From NCBI GenBank assembly GCA_951406725.2, contig OX597832.1:68820001-68884000 (forward strand): a stretch of 64,000 bases of DNA, given 5' to 3'. Position 1 is the stretch's first letter; each line of letters begins with the position of its first letter. Position numbers and translations under genes: made by a program. The notes under the pieces are model-generated. The model was not told where the DNA came from and did not search any database. It saw only the letters and a list, made by a program, of their open reading frames with translations. Source of the DNA: Octopus vulgaris. Lineage: Eukaryota. Below, piece by piece: positions 39,129-52,899 of the stretch.

Positions 39129-39266
39129 CTGATTTTCTCTTATATTCTTCTTGAGTAACTTATCTGAGCTTTCATTGAATAGTGTTATGTCAGCAATCTT
39201 CTTTATCAGATCCTCCATTTCACCAGAATGTTTCGATATGTCAGATTCAATTTTGAATGTATCATC
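39129..39266 (-). CDS. CCDC39: Internal coding exon of the CCDC39-like gene (46 codons, DDTFKIESDISKHSGEMEDLIKKIADITLFNESSDKLLKKNIRENQ)
   Basis: 138 nt, phase 0-0, acceptor ttccatttcAG, donor GTactt. Resembles CCDC39 [46 protein letters not shown], which directly precedes the segment matched by exon 4708-4824. Confidence 0.8.
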
Positions 39267-39568
39267 CTGAAATGGAAATAAAGCAAAAGTAAATAGATAG
39301 ATAAATGATATCAATAATAATAATATATGGATTTCAATGTAACTCTTTACAAAAGTAAATAAATAATAGGAAGAGTGTCATGTGATATGTAATACATGTA
39401 CATGGATGCTCTGTCTGTTGAATTGAACACTATTTTGACACTATGTGTATAGTCATTGGGTTCTAAATGAAAAAATCTTAAGTATGCAGAATTATGGAAG
39501 TTCCAAATTTGGACTGGAATATCCCACAATCCTTTCTACATAAAATGACATAATAATGATGATGATAA

Positions 39569-39599
<31 letters not shown>

Positions 39600-40528
39600 G
39601 GTGGTGGTGGTGGTGGTGGTGGTCGTGGTGGTTATGGTGGTGGTGGTTATGGTGGTGGTGATGATGATGATGAAGATGACGACGACGATGATGATGATGA
39701 TGATAACACTATTCTTTAGCAGTGACTTCAAAGTTTCAGCCAGCCAAGCCAAGGAGTAAACCTTCAGATTAATGTAAAACTGTTTTTATTATAACTGAAC
39801 ATAAAAACAAACATTAATGTGTGTGTGTGTGTGTGTGTGTGCATATTTCTCTTGATAATCTCATCCATTTTCATGCTTCTTTGTTTTAGTTGATGGTGGA
39901 CACAGATGCAGCAGCACCAGCAACAATGCATGCACACACATGCTCAAGCACAAACACATACGCACGTGGAAAACGTTCATGTTCCAGTCAAACAAGACAA
40001 GAGAGACAACTCTGTTATTTAAATGAGATAAAATCAAACGAAACAGAAAACAGCAGGAGCAGTATTATATTAGCAATCACTTAACTCTCTCTTGATTCCA
40101 GCTGAAGGGGTTCCTGAGTAAACAGCCATTATATTTCTAAATATGTTGAACAATGAATTGCCATGCTTCCAGTGCCTCTGTCAATTTATCATCTCTAAAT
40201 AATGGCTAACTTTAAACAATATTCGACTTTTAAAAGATTCTTAGATAGTGGTAGGTTATATTTCACCTTTTTAGATCTTATAATAAGTTCTTATGAAACT
40301 GCTTCTATGTGTGTGTGTGTGCGTGCGAGTGGCCGTTGCTGGTGCTACGACTTTTGCGTCTGTAATGCACTAAAACAAAGAAACTAGTAAATGGGAAGAA
40401 ATGGAAGAGATAAATGGGAAGGAAAATAGAAAGCACTAAGAATATACATACGCATGAGGCACATATAAGAGCATAGACATTTGTACTTAACATATAAATA
40501 CAGAGCAAGCAAGCTGAGAGTGTGTGGA

Positions 40529-40577
<49 letters not shown>

Positions 40578-42252
40578 TTATATAGGTGATGGTGATGGTG
40601 GTGGTGGTGGTGGTGATGGTGGTGGTGATGGTGGAATTGCTATCATAAAAGCGTCAGAGTTTCCTTTGAAATGAATGGAATAAAAACAAGAGAATGGCAG
40701 GCAATGGGTTTCAATCAATTTAAAAGGACTCTGTTGAAATTTCTCTTCTCTGCTGACTATGAAAATATTTCCTCTATTATCCATGGTGGGCAAATTGGAA
40801 ATTATGGTACACTGTCTGCTTTTAATATTTGCAGAGCTTCAGGCATCTTCACACATTGTTTATTATATTTCATACATGACATTCACCCGAGTTCAGTGAC
40901 AGATTGTAATTTAAATTATTCATGTCATCACCATCGCCATCATTGCTATCTATGTTACCACTTTTATCATCATCATCATCATCATTAACATCATCTTTCT
41001 CACTGTTACCATTGTGGTGCTGCTTTCATGTAGCTTACTTTAAATTTTAAAGCAATAAGATTCGAGTCTTCACCACAGTATATCTCAGAATGATTTTCTT
41101 ATTTTTTCATATTTTTTATACAGTAATAAAAAATGAAATGATATTGTTGACGTGAGCAATTGTTGTCTCAGAATGCTAATGGTTAAAAGAAATTTACAGA
41201 ACAAGTCTGGTTGTCTTGACAGTGGAAGAAGAAAAAGAAAACATAATTCCTCAAATGTTAAGAGATTCTTACTATTTTGGCATTGTACCCCACAATGTTT
41301 TTTGAAGGTATTTTCCTTTTTCATTTTGAAATACATAATATGACAAATAACCATTATTTCTAGCATTGACAAAATTTGCCACAAATTTTGGGGAAGGACT
41401 ATTGGTGGTTTACATTCATACCAGTACTTGACAAATCTGATTGAGGAGAGATAAAAGTGGTCCTGGTAAAATTTTAACACACAATATAAGCATAATTATA
41501 GCTACTAATTTGACTAGTACAATTTCACTTATTTGATCTTATTGAAGTTTTATCCCTTGATGGTTGGTTTTTGATGATAATCATTCTTAGAGAGAATTTC
41601 TGTCTGGTAATTGCAAGGAAAACCTCATTTAATCTGTGGAACTTACTATACTAATTATATGAAATCCTACCATATGTGTTTATTAATCAAAATGCTTACC
41701 TGGAGGCAAACCTGCACACCTTAGTCATATTATGTCACTCACCATTCCATCCATCTCTTCCACTCACTATCTCTGGGAAGGATAATGGTGGGGTAGAATC
41801 TAAAGGCACCTCCTCTATAGGGTTCTATCAGCAGTAACTGTCATTAGACTTTCCAGTCAGAGTCTCAAAGGTGACTAAAGGAGACTGGATATTATCAAAC
41901 CAACTCATCTTTGGTCTACCTCCCATGTCTCCTGCCAGTTTGCTTGACTTGAAGTATCCAACTTGCAATCCTTTCCCATAACATTCTAATCACTTGTCCA
42001 TGGTACAAGTGATGTGACCATTCAATGGGAAGAAGTAGCAACTGGACCAAGAAATATTTGGTCCAAATCTTTGGCATTTCATCTGGCTCTACAGGTTCTG
42101 AGTTCAAGTTCCACTGAGGTTGACTTTGCCTTTCATTATTTATGGGTCAATTAAATAAGTACCAGTTGAACACTGGAGTCTATGTAATCATTTTACTCCC
42201 ACCCTAAAATTGCTGGCCTTATGGCAAAACTTGAAACTGTTATCATCATCAC

Positions 42253-42312
<60 letters not shown>

Positions 42313-43312
42313 GACAACATGCTAGCAGAATTGTTAGCCCAGTGGTCAAAATGCTTAGCAGCATTTTGTCCATCTTTACGTTCTGAGTTCAAATTCCACT
42401 GAGGTCAACTTTGTCTTTCATCTTTTACAGGGTGAATGAAATGAGTACCAGCTGAGTACTGGGTGTCAATGTAATCAACTGGACGTTCCTCCGTTCTTCC
42501 AAAGCATTTCAGGCTTTGTGCTTATAATAGGAAGGACTATCATCATTATTATTACCATTTATTAGTTTCCCTGAATTCTTTTTTTATATCTTTTATTATA
42601 TCATTATTTTTCTCATTCTTTTTCGATTGTATTGTGCATTTCCTCCTTTTATAAAGCCCACAATGTCTTCAGCCCTAGTGGCCCATAAAAGAAATCATCA
42701 TCGTCATTGACATCATTGATGACATCCTTTTTTTTTTTCCCTGTCTTTTAATGGAGACACTATCAATGGCTGATTATTTCAATGTAAACAACACAATTTC
42801 AGAATTCTCCTAAGTTTGCAATGAAAGGATAACAGAAACATCTATCAAACTGTATTACCATAAAGAAGAGCAAAGGGAAGGAGGAGGAGGTGAGGAAGAG
42901 GAAAAGGAAGAGAAGGATGGAGAAAGAGATGATAAAAAGAAAAACGAGGCAGACAGCAATCATGAAAACCAAGAAAAATAAAAACAAATAAAGTAAGCAA
43001 ATATGCCAATAAAATATGATTAAACTCAAATACAAAAATAATACATTACCAAACAAAAAAAGTAAACACAAGAAAAAGAAAAGACAATTCAATCTGCTAA
43101 TTAGAAAATTAATAAGTGGGTTCAAATTGTTAATAATTCTCAATGTCTCTCAACGTAGACATTCAGACAGAAAGTTTAATGTGCAATACCACATTGTGCC
43201 AACATTGAAGATATTCACAGAAGTTCTTCTAAGTAATGCCACACGTCTTTCACTTCCACCATTACTGCTTCAACTACTACTACTACTACTACTGCAACTG
43301 CTGCTGCTGCTG

Positions 43313-43403
<91 letters not shown>

Positions 43404-43413
43404 TAACAATAAC

Positions 43414-43460
<47 letters not shown>

Positions 43461-44248
43461 TAATAATAATACAGTAATAGAAATGATAAAAATAATAATT
43501 ATAGCTCAATGATTTGTTTTATATACACCGAACACGAAAGATATTTTAAACACAAATCTCAGAAAGTAGAGTGTATTTTATGCTTTACTTATTTTATTTT
43601 ATTTCATCTTATTTTATTTAAAATTTCATGAGATCATGTTTTGTTGTTAATCATTTTATCTAATATTTTGTTTATTATTACTATTATTTTTACTTTTATT
43701 TATTTATCTATTTATTGGTCTTCCAATAAATTTTGGGTGCAATAATTGTAATTCTTTTTCAATTAAAAATGTAAATATAACAAATAAAATTTAATGTAAT
43801 TGTATAAATAATAATAAAAAAATGTTGCCATCTTTTGGTTTTCTTTTTTTCTTTTTTTCTTTTTGTTACAATATAATTATCATGTTGGGAAACCAATTTT
43901 TAAATAACTTTAATCATGTATAATTTTCTGCTTCACTTGAAGCAGATAATGATTCGTATTACAAGAGAACCGGTTAAACTTGCTCAGAAGGTCACAGCTG
44001 TAGCTTTGCTTTACAAAACATAAATAACTGAAGGACAAAAAAAAAAAATAAAAAATAAATGACCGAACCTTCTGAGTGATGGTATGAATTTTGAACACCC
44101 GTGCAGTTCATTTCCATCTACATATTTTCACGAGTGAAATAATAATATAATAATGATAATGAAAATATCAATTGTCATGGTAGACTTAGCCAGCATTTAC
44201 ACTGGATTATGTGCCTTAAGAAGAATTGGTAAGAACATAAAGCCTATC

Positions 44249-44518
44249 AAGATTGACTGCCAAAATAATATGGCAGTCCTGGTTTAGGACGAATATTGCT
44301 GCATTTGAGACCCAGGAGACATCGTCTCCAGCTGGCTATATGACATGATCTGTGTCCTTATATCTTTGAACAAGAGAATCTAGCACCCCTACTCTTGTTC
44401 GAAAATATAAGGACACAGCTCATGTTGTATAGCCAGCTGGAAACGATGTCTCCTGGGGCTAAATTGCAGCAACATTCGTCCTAAACCATGACTGCCATAT
44501 TATGTTGCAAACAATCTT
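44249..44518. mobile_element. Palindromic MITE (~125-bp imperfect arms)
   Basis: ATATGGCAGTCCTGGTTTAGGACGAAT...GAACAAGAG / CTCTTGTTC...ATTCGTCCTAAACCATGACTGCCATAT. A decayed relative lies at ~54110-54200. Confidence 0.8.
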
Positions 44519-44599
44519 TACTCCAAAGTACTGTTGCTGATTATCTCTCATTGTGAGATTTAAAAATAGTAATTTCCTGTCAACATAGTTCAAAATAAA

Positions 44600-44900
44600 T
44601 ATATCAATTCTCTTCAGAAATTGTTGTGAAAGACCAAAACAATAAAATCTGTTTATTGCTCAACATGAGTATCCCTTGCGATTCCAATATTTCAGCAAAA
44701 GAATTTGACAAGCTCAGAAAATATAAAGATTTGTTCATTGAAATTTTAAAAAAGTGTGGCATCTGAAGGCATTTACAATACCAGTGATTTGCAGGAACGT
44801 CTGAAATGATCAAAGAAGGAACTAAAAATTATTTGAGAATGATCCCATTCATGCCAGAAGTGCAAAAGGATGAACTGAGAAGAGCATTGATGCTGGGACG
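44600..44900 (+). mobile_element. Decayed R4/Dong-like RLE fragment
   Basis: KICLLLNMSIPCDSNISAKEFDKLRKYKDLFIEI resembles the RLE motif D(x)IP(x)D..(x)KE..K..KY.DL. Confidence 0.6.
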
Positions 44901-45317
44901 GTGATAACCTATCATGAAAAGAATTTTTGAAAATTAACTTTAGTTGATTTTGTTAATGAACAATCTGGTGTGTTTATTTTAATAGCCAATCAATGTATAT
45001 GGTTTCTTTAGCCTAGGGGTTGAGAAGACACTTGGCCAGAAATGTAAACAAAATTGAAGGAAAAAGGAAACAAAAAACCCTAATTGTAGTAGTAGCAGTA
45101 GTACTAGTAGTTGTAGCAACAGCAATAGTAGTACAATAGTCACAAGGCCTGGGATTTTGTATTTATTAATTCTAGTGCAACACTATTATTTCATTGACCC
45201 CAAAAGAATGAAGGGCAAAGTCAACTTTAGCAGAATTCGAACTCGGAACATACAGACAGACAACATGCTGCCAAGTATTTTGCCTGGCATCCTAATGGCT
45301 CTGACAGCGTACCACTT

Positions 45318-45716
45318 TAACAAACAAGAGTGCCTAATAATTGATGTGGCAGAGCCAGGAGATCAACATATCATGAAGAAAGAAAGAGAAAGAGTTGATA
45401 ATTATGGAGACTTCAGAACTGAGAGCGGTAAGATGTTGCAGCTACGAGAGTCAAACATAAAGGTTGTCCCTATTATCATCGGAGCATTGGGTTCAATACC
45501 ACCCAATGTGAAAAAAAAAAACATCTGAAAACCTTAGAGATACTCTACAATCTACATGTATTGTAAAAGTCAGCATTACTTGGAACTGCACGCATATTGC
45601 GTAAAGTACTGTCTGTCTGAGGTCCTTGTTGTGACTTGACAAACAGTAGAAATCTCCAGTAGATACAATATCTTCAATACACAACCTCACGATATTGTAT
45701 ACTGTATGACGTCTTT
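45318..45716 (+). mobile_element. R4/Dong-like LINE 3' end followed by (TAA)n
   Basis: CLIIDVAEPGDQHIMKKERERVDNYGDFR...VVPIIIGALGSIP...KSALLGTARILRKVLSV-stop, a short UTR, then (TAA)n. Confidence 0.82.
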
Positions 45717-45732
45717 AATAATAATAATAATG

Positions 45733-45765
<33 letters not shown>

Positions 45766-45774
45766 TGTTTCGTT

Positions 45775-45998
45775 ACTACCCACAAGGGGCTAAACATAGA
45801 GGGGACAAACAAGGACAGACAAATGGATTAAGTCGATTACATCGACCCCAGTGCGTAACTGGTACTTAATTTATCGACCCTGAAAGGATGAAAGGCAAAG
45901 TCAACCTCGGCAGAATTTGAACTCAGAATGTAGCGACGGGCAAAATACCGCGAAGCACTTCGCCCGGCGTGCTAACGTCTCTGCCAGCTCGCCGCCTT
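45775..45998 (-). mobile_element. tRNA-derived SINE, family A
   Basis: Minus head AGGCGGCGAGCTGGCAGA...CTGAGTTCAAATTCTGCCGAGG and core TTTGCCTTTCATCCTTTC.GGGTCGATAAATTAAGTACCAG. Confidence 0.85.
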
Positions 45999-46013
45999 AA
46001 ATAATAATAATAA

Positions 46014-46180
46014 TAACATACAGAAAATTGCACTACTAGGCACCGCACACATCCTACGCAGAACACTTTCCATACAATAACCATCAGAGCATCACAACAA
46101 ATCACAGCACATACCTAAGGAACACAGAGCTGCGCTCAGTAGTGAAGTGAAAGCACACTATAAAAATAAAACTACTGAAT
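46014..46180 (+). mobile_element. Very short R4/Dong-like 3' end inside a (TAA)n tract
   Basis: NIQKIALLGTAHILRRTLSIQ-stop, with (TAA)n on both sides. Confidence 0.75.
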
Positions 46181-46181
46181 G

Positions 46182-46236
<55 letters not shown>

Positions 46237-47124
46237 TGATAATAATAATAATATTGACAACAACATTTTCTTTATTAATTTTCAAGTGTTGACAAAAAAA
46301 TCAAAAATACTACTGAATGATATTATGTGGCATAAAAGTGTGTACAAATAAGGAAAAGGATAAAAAAGAAAAAGAAAAGAAAAAGAAGATATTGAAACAA
46401 AGAGAATTTCCTCAAAAGGAGAAAATGTCCGAGGTTCTCTGCCAGTTTTCTGCAGGGACAGGCAAAGAGCAGGGCTGGTCATTCAGATTCAGCTCACCAC
46501 TCTCACTGACCCTTTCAACAAACGTGGATGCAGTCTGCCCTCCCTCCTTTTATCTCATTTTCATTTTTGTAGGAGAAACAAACACAAAAAAAGAGTGATT
46601 AGGGCTTAGCCAAAAAGGGTGTTTGTCTTCAATTTGGCTCATCATACAACATTATTCACCACAACCACCACACAGATAAAAACTGTCTGCCCTTCCTGAC
46701 CCAAGGGTAGCAGTGCTATGATCTTCATAATGGACTCAGCTGAGAGCCAGATTCATCCAACTCTTGACAGCAGTTGTTCCACATAGTTCCAAAAGTCTGT
46801 CATGTTTGGACACTAATCAAGTACCTGCAAATAGTTTCATCATTCTACACCCATTTAAGAAAGGCTGTGGACAATGCATCAGATAAATGATGACCATACT
46901 CGTTCACCATCAGGGAATTGCTGGATATGTCTCAGCCTCAGTGCATGTCTGCATATCCTCAGCAACAACAAGTCCATCTTCCCATGCCATGGGTATTGCA
47001 GCAAATTCAAGCCTGATCCGTAGAATGCATCCCTTCTTCATAAGTGAAAATGTAGACCCTCTTGTCTGGGCAGACATGAACTGATTGAAGGATGACAGTT
47101 AGATAGTAATAAATAATAGAAGTA

Positions 47125-47340
47125 AGGTTGCGAGATGACACAAACGTTAGCACACTGAGCAAAATGTTTAGTGGTATTCCATCTGTCTTTACGTTCTGAG
47201 TTCAAATTCTGCCGAGGTCGACTTTGCCTTTCATCCTTTCTGGGTCGATAAATTAAGTACCAGTTGCATACTGGGGTTGATCTAATTAACTGGCCCCCTA
47301 TCCCATAATTTCGGGCCTTGTACCTAGAGTAGAAAAGAAT
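47125..47340 (+). mobile_element. tRNA-derived SINE, family A (representative)
   Basis: Same head and core. Further copies at ~358-570, 1250-1550, 6385-6495, 18115-18325, 18722-18935, 30740-30895, 31915-32110, 42075-42235, 42310-42535 and 58430-58562 (+), and 45155-45310, 50105-50300 and 54465-54680 (-). Confidence 0.85.
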
Positions 47341-49102
47341 AAATGATGGAAGTGATCTAGTTATTAACTTTGCCTGCCTTACTATTCTTAGGTGTATTCC
47401 TTTAGCCCATTTTTTAGTGTAACTGGCCACTGTGCTTATCATCTTATTCCAATTCCTTTTCTTCATGAAATCAGGACCAAAAAGATTCTGAACAATTTAA
47501 CTAATTACTTCATCCAGCACCCCATGATGCAGTTGGACAAGATGAAGCTGCCCTCCTCAGGTGCCAAACTGCAGGCCTACTCTCTTTTTCTAGTAGACTT
47601 TGGCTCCTGTCTCCACCTCGTAGACCATCCAAGATGTACCAATGAATATGACATGCTTAGTATCCAATACTATTATGGTGATATCTGCATATGCCAGCTA
47701 AGATCTCACTGTAATTTAGATGGGATGCCTTGAAATGGGAATAAAGATTTGGCTGCAATATGACAAGTACATGGAACACCTGTAGTGGCTAATGGTGTTG
47801 TGAGAAAGTTAAAAGGTAAGCTGAGGAAATTAGAGCCAAATATCTTGATTTTCTGCAAAAGTGATGGAAGGATCAGGCACCAGACTGGAGATATATAAAG
47901 GGAGAAGAAAATAATTGAATCTATCAGCCAAGATCCTGACTGGTACTTTAGTCTATCTCCACTGGAAAGACCCATACTCTGCAGCAGAAGTGTTACGACC
48001 ATTGACCCTGGTGAAAAGGATTGACCTGCAGGGGTCCTGTGCTGGTGTCTCATAAAAGGCACTCATGGCAGTACCACATTCAAAGCACTCGTGCAGTGCT
48101 ACATGCAAAGCACCCAGCACACCTGTAAATTGGTTGGTATTAAGAAGGGCATCCAGCTGTGGAAACCCTGCCAAATCAGAAGACTGAAGCCTAATGCAGC
48201 TCTGGTCAAACCATCAAACCTGTGCCAGCATGAACAATGGACATTAAGACAAGTAAATTTGATGCTAGCAGCATTTGAACTCACAATCTTAAGAACTGGA
48301 AAAAATACCACATGGCATTTTATCCTATGCTCTGGTGATTTTTAGATGTTGTTATTTAGCATAGGAAAAAGGCCTTAGATTATATCAGACCCAGAACATG
48401 GTTAATAACCAAAGTTGCAGCAGTAGCAGCAGCAGAGGCAGTGAGGGCAGCGGCAGCAGTAGCAGTAGTACCCTCTGCACAAGAAGAAGATGACCAACCA
48501 GGGCAATCAAACATAATTGGATCCCATTTGGAATTTCCGACTATGAATGTTCAATAGTTTGATCAGCAAATCAGAATCTTTGAATCAGCATCAATGTAGC
48601 TTGGTATTCTACAGTTTCTTTAATGTAATTCTCAGGTAGAATCAATGTGGCTAAGAGACACGTAGCTGTACCATTGAAATTACAAATGCAATCCACCTGA
48701 AGGTTTCAGTACATGTTCCTTTTATTAAATGTAATTGGGTTGACCCAAAACCATAGAAAATAACATTTTCCTACGATACCATATAGTGGAATCAAAATCG
48801 GGAGCTCATGACAGCAAAACTATCTTCAGAACCATTTGGTTGTATGGTGCCAACAATCAAACTGTAGTCGTAGACAAAAACTATTTGATTTTTATTGCAT
48901 AGATAAATTTTGGCCAGTTATTTACAAGTGAAGATCTGTGTTATCAACATGAAGAATAATTTAGTCATTTGTTGTATCAGATTTTGTGGGCAGCATCGAG
49001 TAGTTTGATCTATAGCGTCTACCATTCTTTTGGTCATTCCCTTTTATTTTAATAATTAAATCTACTTCTAAATGTCAATGAGTAGAACTTAGCCCTTCCA
49101 GC

Positions 49103-49133
<31 letters not shown>

Positions 49134-50013
49134 CTGTGTGTGTCTGTGTGTCTGTGTGAATGCCAAGTGCTGCTGCATTGAGAATTGATGCTAACAATTT
49201 GAATAGGACTTTGATTAAGGATTGAAAGCATCTAATACACATGTAAGCCAGCAATTGTTGTTAGCAACTGTGGACAGGTTCTATAATTTAGAAATTTCAT
49301 GTCTTTCAAATGGGAATAAAGATTGGCTGCAATATGGCAAGTACATGTTACACTTGTAGTGGATAATTGTGCTGTGAGAAAGTTAAATGATATGTCGAGT
49401 GAATTAGAGCCAAACTACTTTCACAAATTTCAACTCGTGTTTGATGTATAGAAAACATTATTACCAACATTGGACATGGCATTTTCAAGAGTTTGCCTCA
49501 AGCCTTTCCTCTCTCTTCTCTCTATTTTAAGGGGCGAATACAATTAAATTTCTTCAGCAACTCATAAGAAAATAATAAGCGTAAGAAAGTATAATTTTGA
49601 TTTGCAGTAGCAGTTTCATTTCCCTTGGAACCCTGCTGCATTAGAAATGGTCGTAGCTTCTATGCATTCTGCTTCTCTTATCCACTAAGACTTACAGCCT
49701 TAAATACTAAATGATTTATAGATGTGAATGGAACACACAACAGCTAAGGAAGAAGGCATACATGCTTAAAATACTGACCCTTCTGTTCACATTGCCAACC
49801 TAGCAGTCACCTCTTATTGTTCCCTTTGAGCTTTATAATAGAAAGAAGGATAAGTAACTTAGTCTCACTTTTTTTCCTATTTTAAGAGGTGAATACAATT
49901 AAACTTCTTTGGCAACTAATAAGAAGAAAAAAATTTTTTTAATAAATAATAATGATAATAATAATAATAATGATAATAATAATGATAATGATAATAATAA
50001 TAATAAAAATAAA

Positions 50014-50103
<90 letters not shown>

Positions 50104-51617
50104 CTCAAATTTTGGCACAAGGCTGGCAATTTCAGGGCAGGATTTAAGTTGATTACATCAACCCTAATACTCAACTGGTACTTATTTTATCGGCCCTGAA
50201 AAGATGAAAGACAAAGTCAACCTTTGTGGAATTTGAACACGGCACATAAAGATGGAAGAAATGCTGCCAAACATTTTGCCAACCATGCTAATGATTCGGC
50301 CAACTTTTGATGCTTTTTATCAATAAGAAAATATTAACCATGAAACTATGTAATTTAAATGCTATTGAATTAAAATGGTTGTAAATATTTATATTTTGGT
50401 TCTCTTATTCAGCAAGAAATACGGCTTTGTGTACTGAGAGATATAAAGTTGACGATGAAGTGCACAACCTGTAAAGAGGAAAGTGTTAAAACTCTGAGCT
50501 CTCATTGCCCAATATTCAGCTCTTACTAAAAGACAGTTGTACTCCACTTCATTGGCTGAGAAAAGGAAGAAAGGCTTCTGACTTGAAGAAAATATTTTTT
50601 CTTCAATAAATATACAACAGCCATAACACATGTTAAAATAAAATGAAAGTAGAATAAGAAGGTAGACATATTTTTCCAGAAGTAAATTAAATTTTGACAG
50701 GAACAAATTTGGGCACTGGTCCAGCACTTTCCAGCCGCTATGATATATTTAAAACTACAGAAAATACGGACACTGGTGTAGTTTTTGTCTGGGTTCTTAG
50801 TGTCTCCAGAGATTTAAGCAGATGAAATTGGAAATATGGAAATGAATCAGAAATCGATAGAAGGAAAAGCTAAATTAAAGTTATTTAAAATGTTGTCCTT
50901 TAATTTTAAAAGAAAGACAAAAAAATTTAGTTACATACAATATTGAAACTATCATATTAATAATTATAGTGGTTGTTGTTATTACACCAGTTCTGTAATG
51001 CATTAATTTTCACAAATAACATAACTTGAAAAATTACCATATTTTGTTTATCTAAGCTGAACGAATGAAACTCTGATAAGCTGTACAATCTATAAGTCTT
51101 GTTGTTGATGAAAATAATTATCTTCCTTTAGAAGCAAAACTTACATTCAATTATCATAATGGAATTTCCCAGTCAAGCGTAAACTTGATTAATTTCTATT
51201 AAGAAAAATATCATAAATTACATCAATTGAAAACAAAAAAAAATATAATGATGAAAATATAAATATATAAAAAAAAGAAGCGAGAGTAAAAAGATATCTT
51301 AACAACTTGAGATTATTAGTAACACAACTTAATACCGAAAGAAAATACACAAAAATGGAATTAAAAGAATAAATATTTTCTTTCCAGCTCTTAGATAAGA
51401 CAAAAAAAAATAACTAACAAAAGAAACAAACAAGGTAAAAAGAAATACAGAAGGACAGAAAGAAAGAGTGATAGGATCACTTGTATCTTGTGTGAAAGAA
51501 TAACAAAATTTAGTTTTTGTTCTTATGTTTACAGATATCAACTGTTAGGTTTATCTTATATATGTATATGTGTATACATATGTATATATGTATGTATATA
51601 TGTACACATATGTATGC

Positions 51618-51679
<62 letters not shown>

Positions 51680-51740
51680 ATATATACATATACGTATGTA
51701 TATATGGTTGTATATATATATATGTATATGCATGTATGTA

Positions 51741-51784
<44 letters not shown>

Positions 51785-51894
51785 TGTATTTATAAATTTA
51801 TATATGCATACACATATATTGTTGTATATTGGGTGGGTCATTATATCAATAATAAACACAGGAACTGTTTATGTCTCACTTCTTTATTATTACG

Positions 51895-51933
<39 letters not shown>

Positions 51934-52069
51934 AATCAACTAATTAACTATTTAACCAATGAACAAATTGCTTGTTAATTGTTCGATCAATCAATCATTT
52001 ACCTAGGTTCGTCAGAGTTTTTTCATCACCATTCAAACCTCATCAATGACATCCTATAGTGTGACATGG

Positions 52070-52760
52070 TTTGGCTCATTTGGGCCAAATGTATAGGCTT
52101 TGGTCATTTGGGGATTGTGATGATGACTTGTTTCTTCTTCGGTGATTCTCGTCTGCAGCAGTTACTCTGATCTTCTCAAACTGTTTGCAGTAATCTGGAT
52201 GCTGTCTCACCCCACCTCCTTCCATGATACAACTCCTCACCCTGTGGAGTTCTATCCCTGCCTGGGTGGGCTGGTGTTCCAACCCTCTTTTAAATACTTC
52301 TGAGATAATACCTCTGTCTCTTGACCTGGCCCAGCTTGTTGTACAATACGGCCTTCAGCATTTTGGATTAGTCCATCTGTGAGACTTGACCTGCTCATCT
52401 GAGCTGTGTGAGCAGCAGCATGATTTCAGTGCTTGGAAGGTTGACCTATTGGAGGACTTAGTTGTTAGTGACAGCTACCTCCCATGAGATGCTCACGATG
52501 TAGTGAAAACATCTTTGCTGGAGGCATTTCAGCAACTTCACCTACTTCCTCTCCAGCAGAAGACAGCACTGATGACAATTGGCTTTTAAACTTTGATCCT
52601 GGTAGTTAGCACACTCTTTTACCATCTGCAAACATCTGAAGGAAGTACTGGCTTTGGCAATGTTGTCTTTTTAACAGGCTTTGCCATTAGAAGTGAAGCT
52701 CCCCAGGTAAATGTTTGACTGAGTTAAAGCAGTGTCTTTTGATGCTAATTTGTGGAGGTC
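52070..52760 (-). mobile_element. Highly decayed RTE-like LINE 3' region
   Basis: GC-richer island with minus-strand remnants such as YLGSFTS, IAKASTSF and TRIKV, plus many stops and frameshifts. Confidence 0.5.
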
Positions 52761-52822
52761 AGTATGTGTCATGAAATGGTTTCTAGTACAGTACTTCAGC
52801 TTTTCTCATGCACACATGCGCA

Positions 52823-52899
<77 letters not shown>

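Noticed and set aside
45900-45998. tRNA genes at SINE heads
   Set aside because: A/B-box-like heads continue into repeated SINE bodies, and I could not build a full cloverleaf.
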